Positions 26,264 through 39,059 of a DNA stretch of 64,000 nt are shown here, one piece after another. The DNA lies in NCBI RefSeq assembly GCF_963921235.1, contig NC_086108.1:62186001-62250000 (forward strand), read 5' to 3'. Under the pieces are notes generated by a model that was not told the DNA's origin, ran no database searches, and saw only the letters and a list, made by a program, of their open reading frames with translations. How positions within the stretch are numbered: the first letter of the stretch is position 1; every line of letters begins with the position of its first letter. The position numbers and the translations under genes are program-made. The DNA is from Mobula hypostoma (taxonomy: Eukaryota).

Positions 26264-28339
26264 AATAATTTTTTTAAGATTTATTTCACTGCCACTACAT
26301 AAAAATTTATCCTGAAATATACATATGATTTGATGAATTTTCCAACAGAATTCAGCCTGGAAGTCAGTCTGATTCGAATTCTGTTGCAATAGATGAGGAG
26401 GAAGTGTTTTCTTCTTAAAGTTAAATTACACAGAATTCAAGTGATGACTGCAAATCTGTGACTGTGGCAACATTTTTGGTGATCATGAGGGACAACAAAA
26501 TTAGGAAGATTTCTTTGAACATTTGGGGCCATCATCTTGTGGACAGCAATCAAGAGGAATGGATTTCCATTATCACAGGTGAGCGGTAATTTCTTGTGAA
26601 TGCTGCTTATCGATGCTATATGCCTGTGATGCTGCTGCAAGTAGGTTTTACATTGCACCTCAGCATACATGTACATAGAATATATAACAGTATAGCACAG
26701 AAAAGTGTATACCCTTTGGCCCACGATGTTGCGCCAACTTTTTAAGCTACTCCAAGATCAATCTAACCCTTTCCACCCCAAAACCCTCCATTTTTCTTTC
26801 ATTCATGTGCCTAAGAATCTCTTAAATGTCCCTATTATATTTGCCTCTACCACTATTCCTGGCATGTATTTGTGCATATGACAGTAAGCTAGACTTTGAC
26901 TTTGGTCAGTAATTACAGCATTGGTCAGCCAACAGGGGTCATAGTCACTGACTGCATCCTGGAGTCACTCACCACTGGAAAAAAAACGGGTATACAGCCC
27001 ACCATGTCCAAGCCAACTCTCAAATATCTGTACAAATCTATTTACCAGAACTTGGTCCACAGCCTCCTGTGCAGTCAGGATTTAAGTGCTAATTTACATA
27101 GTTCTCACTCATCAGTATCAGCTTGTTGTCTACAACTATCAATTCTGCAACATTCAAGATCCAATCACTCTCTTCTTCCTCTGATCACCTCTAAGTCTCT
27201 CAGTCTAAACCCATGACATCTAATTTTAGATACTTGTTCAAATGGTGGATAGTATCCTACTATCTATCCTATTAATACCTCTAATTTTGTGTACCACCCG
27301 CAGATTTCCCTTCCCGTCCACACCAAGGACAAGCCCAGTCTTTCTAATGCCTCCTCAAAATGAATTGCTCAATCCAGGCAATTGCATCCTTCCCAAAGTG
27401 TGTTGATCTAGTAGGACTTCCTCAAAGCCAATGTTTAACAACTTCCATAACCTCAAGCAGTCAATGTATGCCTCAGTAAACGAAGGCAAGTATATCAGAC
27501 ATGGTCACCATGTATCTGTGCTGCTATCTTCAGGGGTCCAAATAATCAACATCCTCTGTTTAATATTACCCCCACTATCCCGCCCCCCCAATCCTTACTA
27601 TCCAATGTATATGGCCTACTATTATTAGTCTTCCCAAAGCAGATACCTCACACTGAGGATTAAATTCAATCTGCCATTCGTCCATCAACCCATCAGTATC
27701 AATTTGTTGTCTACAACTATCAATTTTGCATGCCAAAGTCTCAAACACCAAAATGAATGACTATTAAGTGTTGAATGAGGGATTCAGTCACTGCAGGGTA
27801 CTATCAAAGACCAAGGTGGGATTAGACTCAGTCACTGCAGCGTTTCTGATCATAGGAGAAACTCGGTAATCAGAGATTAGGTCACCAATTGAAGGAAGAG
27901 GTATGTTGATCACAAAAAAAGTAGTTATTAATAATCAGAAGGGAACAGAGATTCACCTCAAATTGGGAGCTGCATTGAGGGAGATGAGAAAGTGCTCTTG
28001 CTCTGCCTAGATCAGCAGACTACTGGAAAAGCATTATATTTTTCTGCATAGCTCCATTTGGGATTTCTTGGTATCTGGAGATCCCAACCAGTTAATACTA
28101 CAGCTGGAAAATGGACAAAACCTGAAGAAACCCCAGTTTTAATTGCAAGTACCCTTCACTACAATCTAATGAGGCAAGTACCAGATCCACTGGGTTTCAG
28201 GGTTTATTTCTAAAGTACTCTAACTCCATACTTCCAAGGTTGAATTTGTTTTTACTGCCATTGTAGTGACAACAGTCACAGCTGGTGGATGCTATGATAC
28301 ACAACTTCCAAATTTTTCAATTTATATTTGAAGTACAAT

Positions 28340-31300
28340 TCACAGATAGTACAGCACAGTGCAGACCCTTTGGCTCACAATGTTGCGCCGAACTTTTAAC
28401 CTATTCTAGATCAATCTAAGCATTCCATCCCCTATAGCTCTCCATTTTTTCATCCTTATGCCAATCTCAAAAATGTCCCTAATATATCAGCCTGTACCAC
28501 TGTGTAAAAAAAATCCTACCTCTGACATTCCAGCTATACTTTCCTCCAATCGATTTCAAACTATGCCCCCTTGTTTCAGCCATTTCCATTGTCCACTCGA
28601 TCTACGCCACTTATCAACTTATACTCCTTTATCGAGTGAATTTTCATCCTCCTTCACTCCAAAGCAAAAAGCCCTAGCTCGCTCAACCTATCCTCATAAC
28701 ACTGCTTTCTTATCCAGGCAGCTTTCTGGTAGATCTCCTCTACATCCTCTCTAAGGCTACCACATTTTTCCTATAATATGGCAACCAGAACAGCGAACAA
28801 TCCGCTAAGTGTGTCCAACCAGTTTTATAGAGTTGCAACATTACCTCGTGGCTCTTGAACTCAGTCCTCTGACTAATGAAGACCAACATACCACACACCT
28901 TCTAAACAACCCTATCAACTTGTGCAGAATCTCTGACAGACCTTTGGATGTGGACCCCAAGATCCCTCAGTTCCTCCACACTGCTAAGAATCCTGCCCTT
29001 TATCCTGTTCTCTGCCCTCAGGTTCAAACTTCCAAAGTGTATCACTTCCCACTTAACTGGATTGAACTCCATCTGCCACTTCTCAGTCCAGCTCTGTATC
29101 CTTCACAAGTCCTGGTATAACCTATGACACATTCCACACAATCCACAACACCAACAACCTTCTTGACATCTGTAAACTTACTACCCACCCTTTCACCTCC
29201 TCATCCAAGTCATTTATGAAAATCACAAAGAGCAGGGGTCCCAGAACAGATCCCAACAGAATATCACTCGTCATCAACGTCCAAGCAGAATACATTCCAT
29301 CTACTACCACCCTGTTTTCTGTTGGCAAGCGAATTCTAAATCCACGCAGCCAAATTCCCCTAGATCCCATGCCTTTTAGCTTTCTGAACTAGCCTACCGT
29401 GAGAAACCTTGTCAAACACCTTACTAAAATCTATATACACTACACCCACTGCTCTACCTTCAAAAATTTGGTTTATCATTTGGTGAATTCTCTCAGGCTC
29501 ATGACACATGACCTGCCCTAATAAAACCATGCAGCCTATCCCTAGTTAGATTATGCTTCTCCAAATGCTCGCAAATCTGGTTTCTGAGAATCCGCTACAA
29601 TTATGTTGCACACTACCGACAAGGCTCACTGGTCTATCATTCCCAAGATTATCCTTATTACCTTTCTTGAATAAAGGAATAACATTTGCCACCCTCCAGC
29701 AATCTGGTACTACTACTGTGGTCAGTGAGGCCGCACAGATCATTGCCAAAGGTGCAGCATCTTTTCCCTGCCTCCCGTAATAACCTGGGGTTTAACTTAT
29801 CTGGCCCAGGGCACCTGTCCTGATACTTATCACAAGCTACAGCAAATCTTCTTTCTTAACATCAATATATTTCAGCACATCAGTTTGTTTTCCGCTTGAT
29901 GTTTTGTTTTTTTTTGTGATGTTTTCACAAACATCAAGGTCTCTCTCACTAGTGAAGACCGAAGCAAAGTGGTCATTAAGGACCTGAGTTATAGGGAAAG
30001 GTTGAGTTGATTAGGACTTTATCCCCTGGAGCATAGGAAAATGAGAGGAGATTTGACTGAGGTGTTCAAAATTATGAAGGGTTTAGATAGGGTAAATGTT
30101 GGCAGCCTTTTTAACCACTGGGGTTGAGTGCCACTAGAACTAGTGGCCATACGTTAAGTGTGAAAGCTGAAATATTTAAGAAGAACCTCAGGGGGAACTT
30201 CTTCATGCTGAGGCTGGTGCGAGTGTGGAATGAGCTGCCAGTGGATGTGGTTCATTTGCAACATTTAACAGAAGAATGGATAAAGAGCATGGATTGGAGG
30301 GTTATGGAGAGCTACGGTCCAGGTGCGGGTCAGTAGGCGAAGCAGAATAACAATACTGCACGTACTAGATGGGCTAAAGGGCCTGTTTCTTCTCTGCAGC
30401 ACTCTACCACTCAAATCCCATTCAAGTGCTCCCCAAACAACCTCCACACTTTTTCTAACACATATCCTGTTCCCAATTTACACTCCCAAGTTCCTAATTT
30501 GCCCAAAATTTGAGGGCAAAATTTGCCCTCCCCAAATTAAACTTCCCCATACTGTCTTCTATCCCTGTCCAAGGCTATGGTGAAGGTTAGGGACATGATC
30601 ATGGTTTCAGAAATGCTGACCCACCAAGAAATCAATCCTTTGGCCAGGTTCATTGCCTAGTATCTGACTCAGTATGGCTTCTCTTCCAGTCAACTCATCT
30701 ACATAAAGTAGCAGGCACCCACCCTGGACACCCTTTAACAAATTCTGCCCCATCTACACCTTTTGCAGTAAGGTGGTGTCAATCAATATTAGGGAAATTA
30801 AAGTCACCACTGACAACCACCCTATTATTTTTGCAGCTTTCCAAAATCTGCCCCCTGATCTGTTCCTCAGTGTGTCTGTTGCCACTGGGGGAATCAACTC
30901 CCAATACACTAATTGCTCCCTTCCTCTTTGAATTCCATCCACACTGACTCAGTTTCAATCCCTCCATGATGTTCTCCTCTGCTGCAAAAGTGACATTGTC
31001 TCTAATTAGGAATGGGCTCCCCCACTTCTTAATCCTGATAACCATTTTCATGCCACCACTTTTAGTGTGATCTGCAAAATTTACAACCAGTCCTTGTCTA
31101 TTTGCGTTGGGCATGTGGCCAAGTGGTTAAGGCATTCGTCTAGTGAACTGAAGGTCACTAGTTCGAGCCTCAGCTATGGCAACATGTTTGTGTCCTTGAG
31201 CAAGGCACTTAACCACACATTGCTCTAGTGTCTGTGTGATGAGTGGCGCCCCACACAGACTTCCAATCTGTGCCTTGTAAGGCAAGAAAATGCCCGACGC

Positions 31301-31480
31301 AGGCCTCTCATGGTCTGAGTCAATGTTCCCTCCCCCTCCCTTGTCACTTCTCATCTAAATTGTTGCTATAGATGATAAATAACAATAACCTTAGCACTGA
31401 CCTGGGCAAATCCCAATCCAAGAACAACCTTCCACCATCACCTTCTGCTTCCAACCATTAAGCCATTTGGGTATCCAATT
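28340..31480. mobile_element. Cluster of degenerate CR1 LINE fragments (mostly minus strand; a plus-strand 3' end at ~29985-30400)
   Basis: GSVLGPLLFVIFINDLD, VPDCWRVANVIPLFKKG, VVVSGDFNFPNID, TSGH.L..RGNFF..R.VRVWNELP. Confidence 0.8.
31105..31345 (+). mobile_element. tRNA-derived SINE
   Basis: A box TGGCCAAGTGG and B box GTTCGAGCC, followed by the GTGTCCTTGAGCAAGGCACTTAACC core. Confidence 0.75.
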
Positions 31481-31530
31481 ATCTCACTCTCTCTGGATTC
31501 CATATGATTTAACTGTCCATAGCAGACTAC

Positions 31531-31760
31531 TGTGGTAAACCATGTATATATGTTGTAACTCAGTTACCTGTCTGGACACACCCCTCTGCTGACTGCCCCT
31601 GTGGCTCCTCCCACAGAATCCTGTATAAAGGTGTTCGCCTTGCCCCTCCCCCTCAGTCCGGGGGCAGACACTCACTGTGGAGGTCGTATTGTACAGCGAA
31701 TAAAAGCCTTTCAGTATTTTTAACAAACCTCAGTCTTTTGGAGTAATTGAAGGTGCTTCA
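31531..31760 (+). mobile_element. Solo LTR (230 bp) with a 5-bp TSD
   Basis: ACTAC|TG...CA|ACTAC, with TATAAA at 31624 and AATAAA at 31699. Confidence 0.88.
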
Positions 31761-32607
31761 ACTACAATGCTTAATCTTATCAAAAGCCTTACTGTCCATA
31801 CAGACTACATCTACTGCCCTGCCTCAATGACCTTCAGTTAGTTCTTCAAATTAACTCAAAATCGGGCAAGATAATCTCCCACAAACAAAACCACATGACT
31901 ATCCCTAAACAACTGATCTTTCCAAATGCATGTGAATTTTATTGCTCAGAATCCTCTTTGGTACCTAACCAGATGTTATGTCATCTGACGCACAGCTTCG
32001 CAGGGTTTTTTTTTGCAGCCCTTCTTAAATAAAGGGAAATTCCAACCCCTTTATTTTCTTTTTCTGACTTTTATCCATAGCTCAGCAATTGCAAGAGTTC
32101 AACCCAAAACCAGGAATTTAATAAACATAAGCTATTACATCAGACCCCGCGCAGCGCATTATCCTTCTCGGGTACCCACAGGTTAAATAACGCATAACGT
32201 TTGAAGAAAAGCGGGACAATTCAAGTATGTAGTGTACCTATCGCCCATCAACCACCAGAAACAGATAATCCCGCTATTTAAATCAATTCTGCATAAACTC
32301 AGTCTGCGGTAGAACCGACCTCCGCCTTTCCGCTAAATTAAATAATCCTAGAAATAAGGCAATTTGGAAAAATCCAGATCTTTGCCTCTAGGCTAGACCG
32401 CTGAATTAAGCCCACATTAATGCACGGTCATTTCGCATGTGAGGACAGCAGATTCCCTGCTCTCTGAATTAGGTAGCAGCCGCAGTGACAGCCAAACAAG
32501 GAGCGGGCGACACCGCTTCCAGTAACCACCAGCAGCCGCTACGCCTCACTCCTCCCCTACCTCGGACTATCAGACCTGGCAGAACCACCTAACCCTTTTC
32601 CTCTTAC

Positions 32608-32663
32608 CCCAGGTTAGGCTCAGCTTCATCTCCTTCAATATCTACATCCACCTCCTCCGCCAT
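32608..32663 (-). CDS. MYSM1: MYSM1 (Myb-like, SWIRM and MPN domains 1; H2A deubiquitinase) coding exon 1
   Basis: ATG at 32663 gives MAEEVDVDIEGDEAEPNL(G), matching the MYSM1 N-terminus (human MAAEEADVDIEGD). Donor GG|gtaaga, phase 2. Lies in a CpG-rich patch. Confidence 0.95.
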
Positions 32664-32790
32664 GTCGCCCAGCGGAATCGTCATTTCCGGCAACATTCGT
32701 CACTTCCACGAAATTACCCGGATACCATTTGCAGGGTTCTGCAGTCGGCGGAAGTTCATGGCCGCTGATGGCATACAGTGTTGTTTCACA
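32664..32790 (-). promoter_or_regulatory. MYSM1 CpG-rich 5'UTR/core promoter with ETS-type motifs
   Basis: CpG-rich patch at ~32140-32770. TTCCGG at ~32685 and CGGAAGT at ~32748 lie directly upstream of the ATG. No TATA box. Confidence 0.5.
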
Positions 32791-33340
32791 TCAATTGTAA
32801 GGTTTTACTTTAAAATCCGCCCAAACAGTCCTCAAAGCTACACCCTTGAACTGCTTAATTGATACTAGACAGGAATGCCTTTTGCGAGTTATTTACAAAA
32901 ACCAGCAGATTTAGACACTCAGCAGTGTCAGAGGGTAGAGACATTTCTTTAATTCTCAGTTGTGTAAACAACAAATCTTCACTTCAAACATGATCCAAAT
33001 ATAACGGTGTCAATTTCATAGGCTAAATGATGAAATTTCAACATTACTTGCCACCAGTTCAGTTGATGAGAAACCGAAAATATATCCAGAACTACTTTTG
33101 CCTAATATTAACTACCAATGTCTTTAAATTAATGCATCATTTAGAAATAATTATTTGTTAAAAGTCCATATATACTGATGGAATCAATATTAACTTCCAG
33201 AATGAAAGTGTAATTCAGTTAGGGCTCTGTATTCACAAAGCAGACATTACAAATAAACTATTTACATACATTTAGCAACAAAAGTACTTATTATAAAATA
33301 CTAACATTTAAAGCTACCAACATCAATTAGCATTTTTCAC

Positions 33341-33801
33341 TTATAAATCTTCATCTGAAGAATAGCAAGATAATCCCAGAATCCTAGAGGTTTTTGTCTG
33401 TGAGATAGACACCAAGGAATTATCCCTGATCTCTATAGTTTGTATTTGTTCTTCCTCTTTGTCCAACTCTTTTATGGTACCATGGGAAGAGGAGGCTTGT
33501 AAATTTGGTAGATGAGACAAAAGAATTTCAGTCAAATGGTGTGACGGCTCTCCCAATGAGTTTTTGGAAGTTAAGTGCATAGAAAATCTTGGTGGAAGCC
33601 GATCAGAGTTAAAAGTTAGAGGTTGGTCCTGAAAATCAGGGTTAACTACAGAACAGTCATAGATAATGCCATCTGAAATATGTGGGCTGAGGTGGCTCCT
33701 TTTACTGCCTTCATCAGAATCTTCAATGTCATATTTGTGAGACGCAACTTCTGCTTCAATTAATTGAGGCATGCATGGTCGTTTCAAACTGTGCAAAGAA
33801 G
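33341..33801 (-). CDS. ISY1-like protein coding exon 5 (last; low-complexity C-terminus)
   Basis: tttttttttcatatgcag|CT TCT TTG CAC, in frame with ORF 33341..33796, ending ILGLSCYSSDEDL*. Total CDS is 828 nt = 275 aa. Confidence 0.85.
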
Positions 33802-34571
33802 CTGCATATGAAAAAAAAACAATTTAGAAATGAGAACACTGGCGCTAATAATCATGAATACCAGAAACAGTAAACACCACCATAAAGTTTAAAATTTTCA
33901 GAGCATGATAAAAAAAATTGCGTGTTAAAATAAGCCATCTAGATTTTCTGCCAAAGTAAATATTAATTTAATTCAATCATTCCAAATAACATTATGGAAT
34001 GTGGAATTTTCTGATCAAGTTGCTAGAAAAATATACAATATGAAATTTTTGAATAAATCTAAGTGAAAGGCTAAAGCTTAATGAAGGATACCATTATTTG
34101 TCAGATGAAGAACTGTATAAATAAATATTTACAAAATGAAGTTTTTAAAGGTTCGGCATGAAAATGCGTTTGTCAGAGACTATGCACAGAAAAGTGCTTT
34201 GAAGACACAGTAACATGGCACAGATGAAATTAGCCAGGTCCATCCTGCACAAAATGATCATTAGCAATTAGAGGCTGCCAGTTAATTATGTGAAAGGCAG
34301 GAAATAGATTTCCAAAAATTAAATGGCACTTTCATAGTAAGATTCAGTGATCTTATTAAGCTTAGTCAAGGAAAGATAATTTATCCTTTGCTGAATGTAG
34401 TTCCTGTTTTGCTTCTTTTGTTAACATTATCTCTTACAAATACCTCATGACATTTAACATATTAAAATGCTCCTCCTGTATTATACAGAGGACACAGAAG
34501 TTAAACAATGAATGTAGTAAAATTCTGATAACCCATTATCTAACTTTTTCTCAAGTATTTAGTTTTGATAC

Positions 34572-34755
34572 CTTGTTGGTTGATATCGGGTACTCTTTTG
34601 CGTGTGTAAGCACGGGGTTTCCAAGGATGCTCTTTGTGGGAAGGATCTAAGCTACGGAGTTTCCACAAGAAACACCGATACTCTTTCTGAAGCTCTTCAA
34701 TGTGATCCTGGAATTCCTTGATTTTCCGTTCTGAGTAATGGGATAGCTGTGATTG
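34572..34755 (-). CDS. ISY1-like protein coding exon 4
   Basis: ccttttcag|CAA...CAAG|gtatca, 184 nt, reads QSQLSHYSERKIKEFQDHIEELQKEYRCFLWKLRSLDPSHKEHPWKPRAYTRKRVPDINQQ, a helical segment like ISY1 '[28 protein letters not shown]'. Confidence 0.88.
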
Positions 34756-35076
34756 CTGAAAAGGAGTGAGAGCATGTCTTCTTATCGCAAATTTTGTTGA
34801 CACTTCAGTTTCTGATCAAAAACAAGCTTAGACATGAAGAATGTGGGTAAATGGAATAATTATTTAAAAACAAAAACACTACAGATGCTGTAAATCTAAG
34901 CCAATAAAGGAAAATGCTGAAAATAGATCAGACATTCTTTAGACAGATGTGTGATTAAAACGTACCATTAAAAAACCTTTACAAAAGAAACTCTTTATAT
35001 ACTTCAAATTGCTTTCACACATTTTCTTTCTCTCTTTAAATTTTATTAACTTGGACTAATAAATGTTGTGCTTCAC

Positions 35077-36855
35077 CATAAGAAATAGGAGCAGAATGAG
35101 GCCATTTGGCCCATCAAGTCTGCTCCACCATTTCATCATGGCTGATCCATTTTTCCTCCCAGCCAATCTTCTGCCTTCTCCCTATATACCTTCATGCCCT
35201 GAACAGTCAAGAATCTATCAGCCACCGCCTTAAATATACTCAATGACTTGACCTCCACAGCCGCTTCTGGCAAAGAATTTCCATAGATTTATGAATCTCT
35301 GGCTAAAGATATGCATCCTGATCTCCATTATAAAAGGACGCTCCACTATTTTAAGCTTGTGTCCTCTGGTCTTTGACTCTCCCACAACAGGAAACATCCT
35401 CTCCATATCCACTTTATCAAGGCCTTTCAACATACGATGGGTTCCAATTAGCTCACCCCTCATTCTTCTAAATTCTAGTGAATACAGGCCCGGAGCAATC
35501 AAGCACTCTTCATATAGCAAGTCATTCAATCCTGGAATCATTTTCATGAAACATAGAAACATAGAAAATAGGTGCAGGAGTAGGCCATTCGGCCCTTCGA
35601 GCCTGCACCACCATTTATTATGATCATGGCTGATCATCCAACTCAGAACCCCGCCCCAGCCTTCCCTCCATACCCCCTGACCCCTGTAGCCACAAGGGCC
35701 ATATCTAACTCCCTCTTAAACATAGCCAATGAACTGGCCTCAACAGTTTCCTGTGGCAGAGAATTCCACAGATTTACCACTCTCTGTGTGAAGAAGTTTA
35801 TCCTAATCTCGGTCCTAAAAGGCTTCCCCTCTATCCTCAAACTGTGACCCCTCGTTCTGGACTTCCCCAACATCGGGAACAATCTTCCTGCATCTAGCCT
35901 GTCCAATCCCTTTAGGATCTTATACGTTTCAATCAGATCCCCCCTCAATCTTCTAAATTCCAACGAGTACAAGCCCAGTTCATCCAGTCTTTCTTCATAT
36001 GAAAGTCCTGCCATCCCAGGAATCAATCTGGTGAACCTTCTTTGTACTCCCTCCCTTAGTGAACATGAACCCTTTCCAGTGTCTGCAAATCCATTATAAG
36101 ATAAAGGCAGAAATCTGCTGACAATACTCCAAGTGAGGCATCACCAGTGCTTTATAAAGTCTCAAAATTACATCCTTGCTTTGATATTCTAGTCCTCTTC
36201 AAATGAATGCTAACATCGTATTTGCCTTCCTTATCACAGATCCAAGCTGCAAATTAACCTTTAGGGAATCCTGCTCAAGGGCTCCCAAGTCCCCTGGCAC
36301 CTCAGTTTTTTGTATTTTCTCTCTCCATTTAGAAAATAGTCAACCCTCTCATTTCTTCCACCAAAGTGCATTACCATACAGCTCCCAACACTACATTCCA
36401 TCTGCCATTTCTTTACCCATTCTCCTAATCTGTCTTTCCGCAGGTTCTACCTCCTCAAAACTACCTGCCCCTCCACCTATCTTCATATCATCTGCAAACT
36501 TTGCAACAAAGCCATCAATTCCATGTTCCAAATCATTGACATATAACATAAAAAGAAACGGTCCCAACACTGACCCCTGTGGAACACCACTAGTCACCAG
36601 CAATCAATCAGAAAAGGCTCCCTTTATTCCCACTCTTTGCCTCCTGCCAATCAGCCACTGTCTTATCCATGCCGGAATCTTTTCTGTAATTCCATGGGCT
36701 CACAGCTCATTAAAGCAGCCTCACATGTGGCATCTGGTCAAAAGCCTTCTGAAAATCCAAGTACACAACACCAACCAATTCTCCTTTGTCTGTCCCACTT
36801 GTCATTTCTTCAAAGAATTCCAACAGATTTGTCAGGTAAAATTTTCCCTTGAGGA
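35077..36855 (-). mobile_element. CR1 LINE with a younger CR1 3' end (~35549-36052) nested inside
   Basis: ORFs 35230-35637, 35643-36026 (intact, MIPGMAGLSYEERL...) and 36391-36603 ([18 protein letters not shown]). A second tail, aaacatagaaacatagaaa, lies at ~35549. Confidence 0.9.
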
Positions 36856-36864
36856 ATTAATGAT

Positions 36865-38351
36865 CTAAATTAATTACAAATATAATTTTTTGAAATAATT
36901 GATTGCATAAGTAATCACCCCTTCAAGTCAGTAATCAGTAGATGCACCTTTGGCAGCAATTACAGCCTTGAGTCTGTGTGGAAAGGTCTCTATCAGTTTT
37001 GCACATCTGGACATTGCAATTTTTCACATTCTTCTTTACAAACCTGCTCAAACTCTGTCAGATTGCGTGGGAATCATGAGTGAACAGCATTTTTCAAGTC
37101 CAGCCACGAACTCTCATTTAGATTGAGGTCTGGACTCTGACTTGGCCATTCCAAGACATCAATGTTGCTGTTTTTAAAGCCATTCCTGTGTAGCTTTGGC
37201 TTTATGCTTGTGATCATTGTCTTGCTGGAAAACAAAACAAACTCCCAAGTTGCAGTTCACTTGCAGAATACATCAGGTTTTTCAAGGATTTCCCTGAATT
37301 TTCCTGCATTCATTTTACCCACTACCTTCACAAGCCTTCGAGGGCCTGCTACAGTGAAGCATCCCCACAGCATGACGCCGCCACCACCACGATTCACGGT
37401 AGAGATGGTGTATTTTTGATGACGTGCAGTGTTTGGCTTTCACCAAACACAGTGTTTAGTCAGATGGCCAAAAAGCTCAATTTTGGTTTCATCAGACCAT
37501 AGAACCTACTTCTAGCTGACTTCAGAGTCTCCCACATGCCTTCGAGCAAACTCTACCCAAGATTTCATGGGAGTGTTTATTCAGCAATGGCTTTCTCTTT
37601 GCCACTCTCCTATAAAGCTGTGACTGGCGAAGCATCCAAGCAACAGTTGTTCTATGTGCAGTCTCTGTATCTCAGCATCTCAGCGACTGAAGCTTGTAAC
37701 TTCTCCATAGGTCTCTTGGTGGCCTCCCTCACTCGTCCCTTTCTTGCATGGTCACTCAGTTTGAGATCAGCCTGCTCTAGGCTTATTTACAGCTGTGCTA
37801 TATTCTTTCCATTTCCTGATGATTGACTTAACTAGACTGCAAGAGAAATTCAGTGACTTGGAAATTTTCTTGTATCTAGCTCCTGACTTGTGCTTTTCAA
37901 AATCTTTTCATGGAGTTGCTTGGAGTGCTCTCTTGTCTTTGGGGTGTAGTTTTTGCTAGGATACAGACTCACCAGCAGTTAGACTTTCCACCTACAGGTA
38001 TATTTTTATGACGATCAATTGAAACACGTTGACTGCACACAGGTCTCCAAAAACAGATCTCCATTTAACTAATTGTGTGACTTCTAAAATCAATTGGCTG
38101 CACCAGTGAAGATTTGATGTGTCATATTAAAGGGGGTGAATACTTATGTAATCAATTATTTTATGTTTTATATTTGTAATTAATTCACATCACCGTGTAG
38201 AGATTTGTTTTAATTTTGTCATGGAAGAGTCTTTTTCTGTTGATCAGCATCAAAAAAAAAGCCAAATTAAATCTACTGTGATTCAATTTTGTAAAACAAT
38301 AAGACATGAAAACTTCCAAGGGGGTCTGGTGAATACTTTTTACAGGCACTG
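36865..38351 (-). mobile_element. Tc1-family transposon, degenerate, with a truncated left TIR
   Basis: Right end GAATACTTTTTACAGGCACTG|TA. Inner TIR repeats GCATAAGTAATCACCCC / GGGGTGAATACTTATGT. Minus-strand WSDETKIELFG, GGVMLWGCF and QSPDLNL remnants. Confidence 0.85.
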
Positions 38352-38752
38352 TATAAATACTTGTATGACAGGGACTGATTAGGGATAGTCAGCATGGATT
38401 TGTGCGTGGTAGGTCGTGTCTAATCAATTTTATAGAGTTTTTTAAGGAAGTTTATGAAGTCAAGGCAGTGGATGTTGTTTACAAGGGCTTTGACAAGGCT
38501 TATTTTTAAATCTGGCAGGAGCAAAGGAATTTGGGAATGGTGAGGGTGGTGCACCTGAAGAAGGGTGTGGGACAGGTGGCTAAGTGTCAACGGTAGGAGG
38601 AGGTGTGGGTGTAGACGCACCCAGCACTCAGACACCGGGCAAGGTCACTTGATCCCAATCAATAGGCTTACTGATATGTAGAGAATGTCTCTGTGGTGCT
38701 TCCCACTTTCTCCCCTCACGAGTAGGATTATACATGGGTCTTTTCACAACCA

Positions 38753-38850
38753 TTGATTCCCCTCTCCCTGCCCCATTCCCCTTTTCCCATGATTTCCCTC
38801 TTCCTGCCCCATTCCCCTTTTCCCATGATTTCCCTCTTCCTGCCCCCTTC
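38753..38850. repeat. ~36-bp tandem repeat (about 2.5 copies)
   Basis: Repeated unit TGATTtCCCTCTtCCTGCCCCATTCCCCTTTTCCCA. Confidence 0.8.
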
Positions 38851-39059
38851 CACTGTGCTCAATTATGATTTCATTCTCTTTGTCCCCTTCGCATGTTGCC
38901 CACAAGAGACAGATATCAGAATCAGGTTTATCATCACTCACACGTCATGAAATTTGTTTTTTTTGTGACAGCAGTACAGTGCAATACAAAACTACAGTAC
39001 CAAGCTAAAGCCTTAGGCACCCTATCTGTATGTACCCAAGACTTTTGCAAAGTACTGTA

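Noticed and set aside
31105-31180. tRNA gene-like heads (also at 23635 and 58640)
   Set aside because: They have A/B boxes but no complete cloverleaf and run into SINE bodies and tails.
34564-34571. GTATC donor of ISY1-like intron 4 as U12-type
   Set aside because: It continues GTATCAAA, not GTATCCTT. The acceptor has a poly-U tract and no CCTTAAC.
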